64,000 nt of DNA from Sarea resinae (GCA_026026165.1 JAPEUD010000001.1:682001-746000); one strand, 5' to 3'. Numbered from the stretch's first letter, positions 36,536-49,403 are shown. The notes: generated by a model from the letters alone, not told the origin. Translations and numbers: made by a program.

Positions 36536-37744
36536 AGTAGTTATGTGATGGGGGGATTGTTTAGCATGGCATGACGGATGGCTGGTTTCGAATCAAAATG
36601 TTCTTTTCTTGGGTCGCTGATGTACCTTTAAAAGAATCAATGACTCTCGGCCCACTTCACCACCAGGCAGCAGCAGCAGCAGCAGAAACCATACTGTCAA
36701 GTGATGCGACCTGACCGCCGAACTACACCCTTTCGTTAAGCTCATCTACGTTGAAAACCCCAGTCTTGGCAGTAGTATATACCCACGCATGGGCCTTGCA
36801 AGACCAGCACCACCCATTCCGACTTTTCCTGTGCCAGCCTCCAAAGGCTCAAATAGACTCCAACCGCGGCATCCAACCTACTCCCACACACTCTCAGCCA
36901 TCTCATTCTCAGACTTTGAGCTCCAAACCCCACCCGCACTGAGTCGGACCCGCCCTTCGCCAATCCCATCCCATCCCATCCCATCCCCTTCCTCATCCCT
37001 GCGCCTTCCACCCCCGGTGTTCTATTCCTCTCCCTCTCTCCAGCACCTTCTGCCCTCTCTCCCCCAAATCGCAAATCGCAAGACACAACCGAGACAGACA
37101 GAGACAGAGACAGAAAACAGCCCCAACCCGGCCTCCTCAACACGTACCAAACCATCTATGCTATGCATATCCCGGATGCCGCTCCGCCCACCCACCACGC
37201 TCGAACCTAGGATTCTTGAATGGGACGGGATCGTGTAAGCTTATGTGTTGGGTTATGTGTTAGGTTGTGTTTGTGTGTTAGGTTGGGTATGTGAACGGTG
37301 AGTGAGTGGGTGGGTGAGTGGGTGTTTGGGCCCATGGGTCGGCATTCTGTGGGCTGTGACTCCGGGGGGAGGGGGGTTTATGAAGGTAACGTAAGGTAAG
37401 GTCAGGTAAGGTAAGCTATGGTGGCTTATACATGGGAAAGAAAGAAAGAATGAATGAATGAATGAATGAATGCTGGGATCTACGTAGTAATGTAGTATAT
37501 ATGCGGTATGCAGTATGTGAAAAGGAGTTTTTAATTATACACAAAGAAGAGAAGAGAAGAGAAGAGAAGATGAAAGGTCTATCTACTAATATACGATATC
37601 TATTCTCCGTAACTATGTCTATGATCATACGCCTAGCTTACATTTCTACATTTGGCGAGGAAGAACTCTCTTCTCTCGTCTTGTCTCCTCTGCGCTGCTC
37701 TTCCCTTCTTTTTCTTGATTCATTCGTTTCATTCATTCATTCAT

Positions 37745-39045
37745 TTACTCCTCCTCGCCATCTCGCCTCGCCAACCACACGCGTCCGCTCTCATAGACGC
37801 CGAGGTAAAGACCGCTTCCCAGCGCCGTCCACGCGGCGCGAAGGAGACCGCCCCGCCAGAGAGCGCGGGGGCCTTCGTCTCGCAGGATGTTTTTCGCCGT
37901 TTGGAGGGAGCTGGGCCGGGCTGAGGTGTGAGAGCTGGATGAGAGGACGGAGGATGAGGATGAGGGGGGAGGCTTGGCAGACGAAGATGAAGAAGAAGGT
38001 AGGGAGGTAGATGGGGATGATCTTGATGAAGAAGAAGAAGAGGGAGAAGACGAGGCGGCGAGCATGACGCGCGTCTTAACGACGTCGACGGGCGTCGTGA
38101 CGAGCGCAGCGACGCTCCCCGCCGAGCCGGCGCTTACGGCCGTGATGGTGCCCGTCTCCCACAGGGACGGCGGCGGCGGCGCTGCATTGAGCGATGCGTT
38201 TCCGCTGCTGTGTTTGTCGGCGCGATATGCGTAGATGGCCTGTTTCAGATGCTCGAACATGGGGAACTGCAGTGCGGTGAAAGGGAGATTGCGCGCCGCG
38301 AGGGCGGTGTAGCCGGTGAAGAGCTGCGAGGGGTGGCTGCGGAAGCGGCGCAGGGTCTGGATCGTCGCGTTGGCGTTGATTTTCGCTGCTGAGGTGGCTG
38401 GCTTTGCCGTCTTTGGGGACGAAGGCGATTGTTGCACCATCTGGGCGTTTTGCTTGAGGACTTCTGCGGGCGTGAGGATGACGCATGAGACGAGTTCTGC
38501 GATTGAGGAGGCCGTGGCATGGATCAAGGGGGTCGGGAGAAGGGGCGAAGATGTGTAGGGGTTGGTTGGATTATGCCGTTTCAGGAGCGATTTTATGGCT
38601 TCGTAAGTGGTGAAGAATGCTCCTGCTTTTGGGGTTGGAAATACAGTCATTAGCTGAACTACTTTGGGGTTTTACACTAGTTTTCTGACACATTTGAGCA
38701 GGAAGAGCAGAGGGGTCGCTGGAGGCAAAGACGAGGCGGGGCTTTTATTTACAAGAAGGAAGAGTGGCTAGGATGACGCTTCCCACGCCCTGATACAGGC
38801 CGCGGAACAGCGCCGGTCGGTTGATGGCGCCGGTCGAGCCATTGAGGTAGATGCGTGCGTAGTCTGGGGATTGCCAACGAGTTTTGAGAGTGTCGAGGGG
38901 GTAGACGAGGAGATCGACGGAGAATGCTGCTACCGCGCCGGCCTGGAGTTTGAGGGTTTGTTAGGTTTCGATGTGCGAAAGATGCTCAGCTGGGTCCTGC
39001 TCCGACTTGACTTACCACGAGGATCTCGGAATTGGTATTAGACAT
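37745..39045 (-). CDS. PET8: Mitochondrial carrier, S-adenosylmethionine carrier (Pet8/Sam5)-like. Exons 39045-39016, 38942-38753, 38625-37745.
   Basis: Three carrier signatures (YPLDTLKTRWQ, TPAEVLKQNAQ, TPVDVVKTRVM), plus LFRGLYQG, SGAFFTTYE, RNLPFTALQFP and LGVYE. The substrate is an inference. Confidence 0.82.
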
Positions 39046-40871
39046 TGAGGAGGGGGTGGGGAGGTAGAAGGGAGGGGGGTCGCAGCGAGGAGGGTATGAA
39101 AGGCGACTTGAAGCTCTCGATCACAGGTCCGATGGCTGCTGGTCGAGGTCGAGGACGAGGACGAGGACGAGGACTCCCTAATGGACTTCGTGGTGATGGT
39201 GGGCGTCATCTGTTGGCGGGTTGATCGAATTTGATTATCTTATCTGCGGTAGGTACGTAGCTAGAGGTATTGTCGTCACCACCTCGCACCTCAGACAGGT
39301 CTCGGCCCTCTAGGGCTTCTATCACATCAGGCACCTGGATACCTACCTTACCTTACCTCACCATCTACCTAGGTACGCAGTACTCGTACGCAGTGAGTGG
39401 AAACCCTCAGATCAGCAGTCACGAACCCCCGACTGTTCTCTCGAGTCCGAAATGAAGGCCGTCCTCGAGATGAATCCTGTCGGTCTTCCAAGACCTGTAC
39501 TGAAGTACGCTCTTCATTTGAGCCTCCGATCTTGACGATGCTCGATCCCATGGCGACGGATGGCTGCTGCGGCAACGCACGGGACTAGTGGCTCGCTCGT
39601 TCTTCTGCGACTTGTATGATGTGGAAGCATCGGGAAACGACCATGTATGATCATATCGGTAGTCTCTCTGTGGTCTACTGCATACTGTATATCTTGTTTT
39701 GACGGCGTACTCTTCTCTTGTCTGTCTCTCTCACAAAGAACTGGAAGCTCGGCAGATGGTTGATCCATCATGTACGATCGAGATCAGTAACGGGTTGTGT
39801 ACTCCGGAGTACCTACCTTCCTACTGAAGTAGAGGGACTTCACCTTTGGAACGCTAATAGCGGCGGCGTGCTCGGGAGAGACCCTGGACATCCCGATGTC
39901 CAGCCACGAGGGGTCCGCTCGTCTGTCTTCTGTTTACCTGCGATGCAATTCTGACTCTTCCTTCCCTTTCTCCTTGCCTCGTCGTTCCTCGGTGATGTTG
40001 GGCAGCGCTGGCCATTTAAGAGAACCGAGCACCGAGGACAGAGGACAGAGGACAGAGGACAGAGTCTGGTGGCGACACTAATCTTGGTTGGGGGGAGGGC
40101 AAAAGTTGGACAGCGACCGAGGCAGGAGGGTGTCAGCTAATGCATGAGGGCGTCATCCGGCCGACACAGGCCAACGACGGCCAACGACAGCCAACGACAG
40201 CCCAACCTACTCCCGAGTACACGCTCTGCCTTCTGATCAGCATGGTCGAGGTACCGCCACCGCCAGCCCCTCCCCCACCCGTGCAGAGGTACTCGACCCC
40301 TCACCCCTCCGATCGATCTCGCGCGCCTGCACACGCCCCTCTGCACACCGACTCTCATACTTCATAGAGCGACTGCGCTGCTACTCTACCTCTCAGACCT
40401 CCGTAGTGACACCAATCGTAAACCCATTCCCTCTCCTCTCTCTCTCTCCCACGCTCCTTCAACCATTCACCCTCGCTCGTCTCTGATCCCCCTGCCTTGA
40501 TTGCTGCATTGCATCTTCGGTTCGCCGCATCTTCTGCCTTCTCCGGCCGTCTCCTCGCCTGAGAGCTCTTATTGCGTAAGTGGTGCTTCGATTCCTTATT
40601 TCAGGCATTTGTCCGCTCATCCTATTCCTTCTCTTCCCATTTCCGCCACTTTCCCCTCGCGCAATAGTCTCATCCATTACCCAAGCCACATTTCACTTCA
40701 CTACCCCATCATCAGTACCACCTTGCCCGATCATCGTCGTCTTCGTCCCAAACCTGAAGAGAGTTTTCACAGAGTCCTCATCAGCGTTCTCGCTGTTGCT
40801 CGTCTCACCTGCTTTGAGCGGTCGTGACTGATCGCTGACTTGAAACTCCGCCATCTCGTAAGGTATTCACC

Positions 40872-43274
40872 ATGTCGGAATACGCCTACGATGGCGATCG
40901 TCGCTATCGCTCCCGTCGGGACCCGCGCGAGACCGAATACGTCGAGCAGTCTTATTACGCTCCTCGAACACAGACCGAAATCGTCCGACGGCCGCGCGAG
41001 GACAGTGATATATCCGTCGAGGAGATTCCACGAGACTTCCCGCCCGGCGATGGATATTACTACAAAACCCAGACCCGCGATTCCTATGCACCGGCTCCGA
41101 GGCGAGCCCGTTCTCTCGAGCGTGGTCGTCGCGGCCACTACGAAGATGATTATTACGGCGGGGGCGGTCGTCGCCGAGAATATCGCGAACAGCGACCCGC
41201 CAGACGTCAGTCTTTATCAAAGGCGCAAGAACTGGCTTCGGCGGGAGCCGGAGCGGCTGCCGCCATTGGTGCGGCAGAACTCTGGGAACGCCGAAAGGGT
41301 AACAAGCCAAGATCACGATCACAATCGCGCAACGCACTTGCTACTGCCGCCATTGGCGTCGCTGGTGCTGCGGCGGGAGACTTCATCGCCAAGGAATATG
41401 TTCGCCGGAAATCCAAATCTCGCAGCCGTAAGGTCGTTGAAGAGAGAGGCGGCCGAGATGACTACTACGCTGATGGCGAATCCGATTACGAGGAACGGCC
41501 ACGACCCTCACGCCGCAAGTCATTCAGTGAGAAAGCTCTTGAAGCGGTCGGTCTAGCAGGCGCCGGTGGTGCTCTCGCCTCGAGAAGCAAATCTCGCGGC
41601 CGCCATGGCGACAAGAGTCGTCGCAGTTCCTATGATTCTCGCTACGACAGCCGGTCTCGAAGCCGAGGCCGAGGCGGTGATGATAAGAATGACAAGATGA
41701 TGCAAACTCTCAAAGCAGCCGCTCTTGCCGCCGGCGTCGAGGCTTTCCGAAGCCGCAAGGAGCCCGGCGGATGGACCGGAGAAAAAGGCCGCAGAATCCT
41801 GACAGCAGCTATCGGCGCTGGCGGTGTTGACGGCCTGGTTGACAAAGATCCTGGTCACCACTCCAAGCGTCATTTGGTCGAGGCCGTGGTCGGTGGCCTG
41901 GCTGCCAATCGTATCGCCAATGGCCCTCGAGATCGCTCGGGTTCTCGATCACGTTCCATGTCTCGTTCTCAGAGTCGAGGCGGTCGTTCGCGAAGTCGCG
42001 GCGGTCGTTCCCAGAGCCGCGGTGGACGGTCCCAGAGTCGTGGTGGTGGTGGCGGTGATGGATTAAAGAATCTCGCCGCTGGTGGAGCATTGGCGGCAGT
42101 TGGCAAACAGATCTACGACCGCGTTAGCCGATCAAGGTCGAGGCCGCGGCAAAGATCGTACAGTCGATCAGATGAGAGCAGTCTTAGCCCTCCCCCGCGC
42201 GATAGGAGGCGGAGAGGGAGCAGTGTGAGTCGTTACGTTACCAAAGGCCTTGCAATGGTTGGACTCGGTGAGGGTGCTAAGGATGAGGCCAGACGGGACC
42301 GAGCGTACGACGATGAGTCCGACGGCTATTCTCGACCGCGAGCCATGCCGTCGGATGGCGGCTATTCTCAACCACGAGCCATGCCACCGGACGGCGGCTA
42401 TCCTGTCAACGGAGGCTATCCAGACGATGCTTACTACGCTCAATCACAGGCGATGCCTCCCGAACCAGCCTATGCTAGGAGCGATGTCTACTCGCGGCCG
42501 AGTTCACGTAACGGCTACGAGTCGCGGGATGAGAGACCGAGAGGGTCGAGACGAGACGGCGAGAAGTCTGGAAGAGAAAAGAACGCTGAACGCCGGCGGA
42601 ATGGAAGCGCCAAAGGAAGTGCCGACGGAAGTGGCAGTGGAGAAAACAAGACAGACAAAAAAGGTAGTAACAGCAGTTCGGAAGATGATATATCAAGCTC
42701 GGAGGAGGAAGCGCGACGCAAGAAAATGCGAGGTAAGGAATTTGTCACCGCCGGTCTTGCCACGGTCGCCTCCATACACGCGGGCCACAGCCTCTATAAG
42801 AGCATCCAAGCCCGAGACAAGCGAATGCACGATGTCTACGAGGGCAAAATGACCCCGGCAGAAGCTCGCAAGAAGAAATCCAAGGCGCTTCTCCAGGACG
42901 CGGCCTCTGTTGGACTCGCGGCACTCGGTATCAAAGGTGCCATCAGCGAGTGGAAAGAGGCCAAGGAACAGCGCGACGAGTGCCACGAGTTTGACAATCA
43001 GCGCGAAGAGCGCCACAAGAAGCGCTTGGAGAAGCAGCAGAAGCAGCAGGGGCATGACCGTGGCAACGGCAACGGCAATGGAAATGGAAATGGAAATGCC
43101 AACAAGAGACTGACTAACGGTTCTTATCGCAATTCAGCCCCCGACCTCCACTCCCAGGGTCCGATCCCCGTCTACACTGATGGCAATCCCTATGCGGCTG
43201 GAGGACTACCACCGCCACCGCCTGTGGGAGTGCCACCACCACCGGTGGGGTACGATGATCGGAGGTACTACTAG
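40872..43274 (+). CDS. Intronless 800-aa RS/G-rich protein, DUF3824-like
   Basis: Long ORF in which RSRS tracts alternate with small hydrophobic A/G helices (AALAAGVEAFRSRKEPGGWTGEKGRRILTAAIGAGG...KRHLVEAVVGGLAANRIANGPR; GLATVASIHAGH). It ends in a coiled coil and a PPP tail. Confidence 0.82.
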   Translation: MSEYAYDGDRRYRSRRDPRETEYVEQSYYAPRTQTEIVRRPREDSDISVEEIPRDFPPGDGYYYKTQTRDSYAPAPRRARSLERGRRGHYEDDYYGGGGRRREYREQRPARRQSLSKAQELASAGAGAAAAIGAAELWERRKGNKPRSRSQSRNALATAAIGVAGAAAGDFIAKEYVRRKSKSRSRKVVEERGGRDDYYADGESDYEERPRPSRRKSFSEKALEAVGLAGAGGALASRSKSRGRHGDKSRRSSYDSRYDSRSRSRGRGGDDKNDKMMQTLKAAALAAGVEAFRSRKEPGGWTGEKGRRILTAAIGAGGVDGLVDKDPGHHSKRHLVEAVVGGLAANRIANGPRDRSGSRSRSMSRSQSRGGRSRSRGGRSQSRGGRSQSRGGGGGDGLKNLAAGGALAAVGKQIYDRVSRSRSRPRQRSYSRSDESSLSPPPRDRRRRGSSVSRYVTKGLAMVGLGEGAKDEARRDRAYDDESDGYSRPRAMPSDGGYSQPRAMPPDGGYPVNGGYPDDAYYAQSQAMPPEPAYARSDVYSRPSSRNGYESRDERPRGSRRDGEKSGREKNAERRRNGSAKGSADGSGSGENKTDKKGSNSSSEDDISSSEEEARRKKMRGKEFVTAGLATVASIHAGHSLYKSIQARDKRMHDVYEGKMTPAEARKKKSKALLQDAASVGLAALGIKGAISEWKEAKEQRDECHEFDNQREERHKKRLEKQQKQQGHDRGNGNGNGNGNGNANKRLTNGSYRNSAPDLHSQGPIPVYTDGNPYAAGGLPPPPPVGVPPPPVGYDDRRYY

Positions 43275-43779
43275 TTAGTTGGCAGGCAAGGTTCTGGGAA
43301 AATGGAGCGGGGCGAGACATGGATGGGGAGGGGGTGATTTGATCCATCTAATGATGACGATTTTCGACGACATGTATTCATGTCTGCTGGCCGATTACAG
43401 GAACACGGGCAATGGGAAGGGAGGGTTCTCTTTGGCACTTCTATCGGCATCACTACTATGATTTCCTCTGTTTTGCTTTTTCCTTGTTTATCTCCTTTCA
43501 AATGGCGTTTGCAATGTTCCGTTGGCATTTTCTTTTTTGAGGTTCGAGAAGCTAGCTATCCGTGTTAGTTTGTGCATCACTTTATTTTGTTCTAGAAAGT
43601 GTTTCCAGTCTGATCTACGACAGTTGTCGAAAAGATATATATCAGTTTTACTTGATTGCGGGTTCGGTAGTTCACTATCATCTATTGATCTCTCTGTCTT
43701 GAATGCCACTAGTGATCCTGTACTGAATCTAGGACTGTGTGATTGAATGCTGCCACTAGTGATCCCTATATTCAATAGA

Positions 43780-44800
43780 GAGCTATCTTATTGACAACAT
43801 ACTTACCTCCTACTCCCCTTCCTCCTCCTGCTACTCCTAAGCAAACACCCTTAACAAATTAACCAGTCTATACAGATTATCTAGGTATCTATCGAGAAAT
43901 AAAAAAATCCTGTTTTCTCTTTGAACCCTGCTAAGTCAAGGTAGTGTGTTTCACTTTTCTACGTTTTAACCTCTCTGACAAGTTGTTGGTAGGTGCTTTT
44001 GATTAATCAATTCCATTTCGTCGGTTGATTTTGTAGGTCATGTTGATTTCCTAGGTTATTAGTAGATTAGTTTGTAGGTGGATTAGTAGGTTACTACATG
44101 TATTGTAAGAGAGAAAGAGAGAGAGAACAAGTGTGTGTAAGGGGGGAGAGAGAGAGAGTTTTAGGGGTTTAGTTAGTTGGGGAGGAGAGAGAGGAGAAGG
44201 GGTTTGTTCTGCCCTACCTCTCTCTCTCTCTCTCTCTCTCTTTCTTAGACTAAGTAAAAGTAAGACTCAAAGTGAAAAATAAAGTGAAAGTTAACGTTCT
44301 ACCTAGTAGAGAAGAGGGGGTAGAAGAGATACCTAGCAAGGTGGTTTTAAGAGGGGGTAAGGTAGTTAGAGAGATAGGATAAGAGAGAGAGGGAATAAGG
44401 GGGGGAATAGAGAAGTAAGATAGATAGATAGATAGAAAGAAAGAGGAGGTAGTTAGAGAGAAGTAAGATCGATAGATACTATCTCTACTCTCCTCTTCTC
44501 CCTCTGCTCTTTTCGCTCTGCTCTGCTCGTTTCCCTTCTACTCTCCTCTTTTTCTCCCTGCTCTCCTCTTATCCTTTCGTCCTCTCGTTGCCGCTGCTCT
44601 TGTTACCCTTCTCTCCTCTCTTATTTCCCCTACACTCATTAACGCCGGACTGTGTTAACAGCAAGAATCTGCAATTATATATATTAGGTTTGTCTATCTG
44701 TCTCTCTAGCTGCCTCTCTGTCTATCTGTCTGTCTGTCTCTCAAGTAGTAAAGCAGAGCAGAGCAGAGTAGAGAAAAATAATAATAATGATATATAGATA
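43780..44800. other. AT/TpA-rich, CpG-poor island, possibly a RIP-degraded repeat relic
   Basis: TAG/CTA/TTA words are dense and CG is scarce. Internal direct repeats: GGTAGTTAGAGAG at about 44361 and 44448; GAAGTAAGAT at about 44412 and 44460. Confidence 0.45.
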
Positions 44801-45274
44801 TATAGATATCTATCCACCTATCTATTCATCCACTCATCCATCCATCCACTCTGGCCAAGTTTCTCTATTCTTTTTTCTTCGTGCAAGCTATTTATTATGC
44901 TTTACCTGACATAGCTATTCCTTACCCACCCACCTGCCTACCTCCCTGCCTACATACCTACCCACCCACCTACCTACCCACCTAGCTACTTACTACACGT
45001 CTCATGCCAGAGGGCAAGTCCAGATTCGAAAATCTCATATCGTAGAAAAGTGAAAAGCTAGAAATTACGCCCCGGATCGAGCGAGAAGACAGCCCCCGAA
45101 TGAAGCCCCTTCCTTCCCCGGAACCAAGCGAGCAAGCAAAGCGTGTGCCGATACCGTCCTTAGCCGTTACTATCGCTATTACTATCGCTATTACTACCTT
45201 ATCGCCATCGCCATCTCCACCGCCGTCATGCCATCACCGCCAACGTTTGAACAGAATAGAATAGATGAAAAAGA

Positions 45275-48200
45275 CTAAAATACATCCATGGCATCCGCTC
45301 CCCCCCCTCCTTGCGCGCCACCACCAGCAATCACAGAGCTGCTGCTAAATCTACTGAACGCAAACCTGCCCCCCTGGAGATCCGACACCCGGTCGAGCTC
45401 CCTCTGATAGGCGTTGCGGATATCGTGGAGGGTCACGATGGTCCTCTTGTCTGTAGAAATAGACGTGGACGTAGACGTAGAAGGAGCGGGCACGGACGCA
45501 AGGATAAATGCCTGTGGCTCACCAACGCACGAAAGTACGTTGATGAGTGCGAGGTATGCGCGAGCTATGGTCTCGTTCTTCGCCGCCGTGGCGTCTTCGT
45601 CGTCTCCGTCGTCCGAGTCATCGCCATCGTCATCATCATAATCGTTGTGGGAGTGAGAGTCTCGGCCGTGCGCGTGCTTGGGGTATGATGATGATGAGGG
45701 CGTGGACGACGCAGAAGTCGGCAAGAGAGACTGCAACCATTCCCACAATGCCGTTGCCGCACCTCTGAAATCCTGGCGTGAGAGACGGTAGGATGCGAGT
45801 AAGGTATGATAGTTCTTGTTATTACTATCCTTGTCCGCAGCGGCCCCGCCAGTGGTCGAGGATTTAGGGATAATAGGAAAAGCGTGCGAGTGAGTAGCAG
45901 CTAGAGCCGCGAGAGCCGCGTCGATGTCGATTCGGGGGTTGTAGGGAAATTGGGAGAGCAGGTGAGTGTGATTTGATGTTGTCAGGGATTGCACTAGAGT
46001 GGCAGTCGCAGATTTTTGTCTATGGTTGAGGAATTCTTAGCGACTCCACCTTTGGAAGAAAGATTCGGCATTCTGGGCATGGAAAAGGGGCTTACAAGGC
46101 TGTGTCCGTATAGCGGGATAGAGCTGAATAAGCTTCATCAAATCGACAGGCCTGAATAGAGGCGTAGAAGAGACGGGAGAGGACTTCGGTCTGCAACTGT
46201 CGATTGTTCTGTACCTAAAAATACACCCCACCCTGTCAGATTGCCAAACTGTTCGTCTATCATTTGGAGGTTGAGAGGGGTATTGCATGATCTTACCTGA
46301 TCGCTATCGTTGCTATTGCGGCGAGCACCGTTCAAGCCTGGAGATTGTAGGCTTAGAAATTGGAGGGCCAGTCGCGCAAAGTCGGCTACGAAAGAATGAG
46401 CTCTGGCTTTCTCGAAGAGGCCCAGGATATGCAGGTAGTATCTTGGCAGGCCGTCCCGGAAATAGCCTAGATCGTCAAGGTCGAGGAGACCCTCTGATTC
46501 GTCTGTGCCCACACCAGAATGCTTCCCACGGGCTTCAGGAGGTATTAGTATTTGACGAAGAGGAGATTTTCTAAGCTGAAAGCTTACCAAGAGTAAAGGC
46601 GGCTCTCTTAAAGCAAACGGCCGCCATGGCATACTCCATGCAAGATAGGTGGAAGCGGCCTTTGACGTACGTCGACCACGCCGTGTCGGGTAGGAAACGA
46701 AGGAAGTCGGTAGCAAGATTGATTTCGTTTTTGTGCAGCAAGTTACACATGATGCGGGTAACAACGTCGTCATAAGCGTCGACTAATTCGATATTCGAAA
46801 TCCAACATCTGCACGAATAGGTGAGAAGAGAATAGTATGGGACGCCTGTCACGACTGGACTACGCCAGAAGGTGATAAAGATGCTCTGCAGGAGAGTCAT
46901 GGTTTTCTGTGCAGGCTGTGACGGTTCGATCTCGACCTGACGGCTGTTTTCCTTGTCTTCATTATCGGATTCCGTGCGAGTGGTTTGTGACAGCCATCGC
47001 AAGACCTCGTACTGTTTGAGAAGACGAAGAAGTCGCACATATATCCTTGGGGCATCGAAATTCTCCAACGGCTCCTCCTCTTTGTCGATCTCGATTTCAA
47101 CAAATACCACCATCACCAGAAGGTCGAGAAGAATGTCCATGACTAGATGGATAGTTTCTTGGGCACCTCTCACGAGGACTCCTGCCCCAAAATCGCTCGA
47201 CGCTATCCTGTGATCGGTCGCCCATTGTTTTTGAGAAATCGTATCAAAGATGGAGAGAAAGAGGTCGTTGTCTAGGGTCTGGAGGCCGCCAATATGTTCG
47301 ATAGCATCCATAAGTTTGTTATAGTCATCATCGGAGATTTGGCCTACAAAGTTGCACCGATCATAAAAGGACTGTATCCGTGCTGGCACAGAGTAGGAGG
47401 AATCTTGCAAGATTTCGGAGTCGAGAACGAGTGTACACGAATGCGATAGGGCCGGCGAAAAACCTTCACGGAAGACTTTCGCAGCCTGGAGCAAACCTGC
47501 AACAGCGGCCGGCTCTTTATGTCTCTTGCCAGGAAGTTGTCGATACGGGGTCTTTTCGTCAAGATGAGCCTGATACCGGGCCATAGTCTTCCTATTGTGC
47601 CAGAGTAGCTCCGTGTCGCTGCATTCACGTATTGCGACAGCACCATCCGCGTTGATGACCCAAGGCATATCTGCGTAGTCATCGTAGGCCAAGGATGTAG
47701 CTTCTGACCTCCGCTTGTCTAATTCCACCACCAGGTAGTAAAACCGATCCCACTGAGCATGAGTCTCGGCTCGATATTGATCGCAGAAGATAGTCTCTGG
47801 GTCTTGTCCAAGGACTACGGTTGACGCAACTGCCAAGCAGATACGTTCCTTCAGAGTCTTCCCCTTCCTCACAAGAGCGTTCCGTTCAGAAGAGAGATTC
47901 TGCAGATAAAGAGACAGTGAGGTTGCCAGAGTTGCCTCAGTAAACCTTCCGTGCGAGAAGAAGTAGTCAATCCATTGGTCCGTTGCGTCCGTTGATCCTA
48001 GGTCCGTGGGAACGGGCTTTGGCGCATTCCGAAGACTCTCACAGGCCATTGCAACCCAGGAAGTTGTCCAGGCACCAGGCAAGGCTAAGAGATCAAAGGC
48101 TAGGCTCTGTACCTGATAAGTAGTGTTGTTCTTCCACAGTATCCAAAGCTGCATCCCCTTCCCCCCAGGAGCAGACTTTATCCGGAACTCATGCATGCTC

Positions 48201-49403
48201 CATATCTCTGAGTCGGAGTAGTAGGGCTCTGGAGGCCTGAGGCATACGCTGGGAAACATATCATACATCCCTAGCTCTGAATTGTCTGCATCTCTGACAG
48301 CCCAGAACTTGAATTGGCCAACGTCGAATGGGGAATATGTCACCACATAATAAAGATCTCCGCTCTTCGCTCCTTCGGCACTGAAGACTTGTAGAAGCTT
48401 GGATTGAGTTGGGTCCATTAAATATTTGCTGATATCCCGCGGCTGCCGCTCTTCATTGAGAAGGTCCCTGACAACCCCAATCTTGCCCGTGGATAGATTC
48501 CAGGCTTTGAGTGTATGATTGAGGCACACAGTGAAGACATGAGAATCATCGGGGGACAAAGCGATAGATGTTACCGTCGTCTGCTCCAGGTCGATGTTCC
48601 CATAACGAATAGTATTATGACCCTTCCAGGGTATGAAGCCGCGAAGTGAGGAGCCCCAACCACCCTCGGTGAAAAAGGTCTCCCGCCAGGACGATCCTGA
48701 AAGAAAATTAGTCTAAAGCTCTTGACGTGAGTGTTTGTATGAACCCACCATCATCACCCGCTTTCCTTGTGAGCCTAAGCAAGCCACCATCGTGAAGGGA
48801 GACCAGAAGTTCTAGCGGACTGTTGGCGATCAGCCGATGTGGATATCGAAAGCTGAATGACGATGGCTGGAAGCTCTTGCACCAGCCAGTCGTATTTCCC
48901 TCTAAAGCGGCAGGATCGGAGAAGAATCTCGGTCGCAGAGTCAGGGTATACAGGTCATTGTTCGTTGTTAAAGCGAATACGGTGAGGATATCGTGCTCTG
49001 TCGTGTCGGCCAATGCTACCCCAGAGGGACGTAATGCGGTCGGAAAGCCCAGCCTCAGTCTGAGTGTGGCATCCGGTTTTTCTCGCTCTGCTTTATTCAC
49101 ATCTGCGGACTGAAGTTCCAGCACTTTGCCATCCTCCAATATTCTCCATAAAAAGCTGCGCGGATAGGACTTGTTCTGTCGAAAGTAGATCGAGGCTTCG
49201 GTCGCGATATGCTTCCTCCCAAAGGCCGCCTCGTCTTCAGCATGTGTAAGGTCGGATACGTTAGAGCGCTTTGTATTCGGTCTCGAGCTTTGGTTGCTGC
49301 CATCGCGCGCTGTTAGGCGGATGAAGATGGTCGATCTCGAAGAGGTAGGCTCCAAGGTCAATCGCGTTTCCTTGAACAGATAGAAGGGTTCTTGTCTGGC
49401 CAT
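45275..49403 (-). CDS. NUP120: Nucleoporin Nup120/Nup160 (Y-complex). Exons 49403-48749, 48696-46588, 46532-46297, 46214-46096, 46019-45275.
   Basis: N-terminal LFKETRLTLEP...YPRSFLWRILEDGKVLEL, LLVSLHDGGLLRL, VFTVCLNHTLKAWNL; a helical region with TAWSTYVKGR and LPRYYLHI; C-terminal YRLSRQDFRGAA and VTLHDIRNAY. Confidence 0.9.

Noticed and set aside
43615..44690. Intact DNA transposon or MITE in the AT-rich island
   Set aside because: I found no matching terminal inverted repeats, target-site duplication or transposase remnant.
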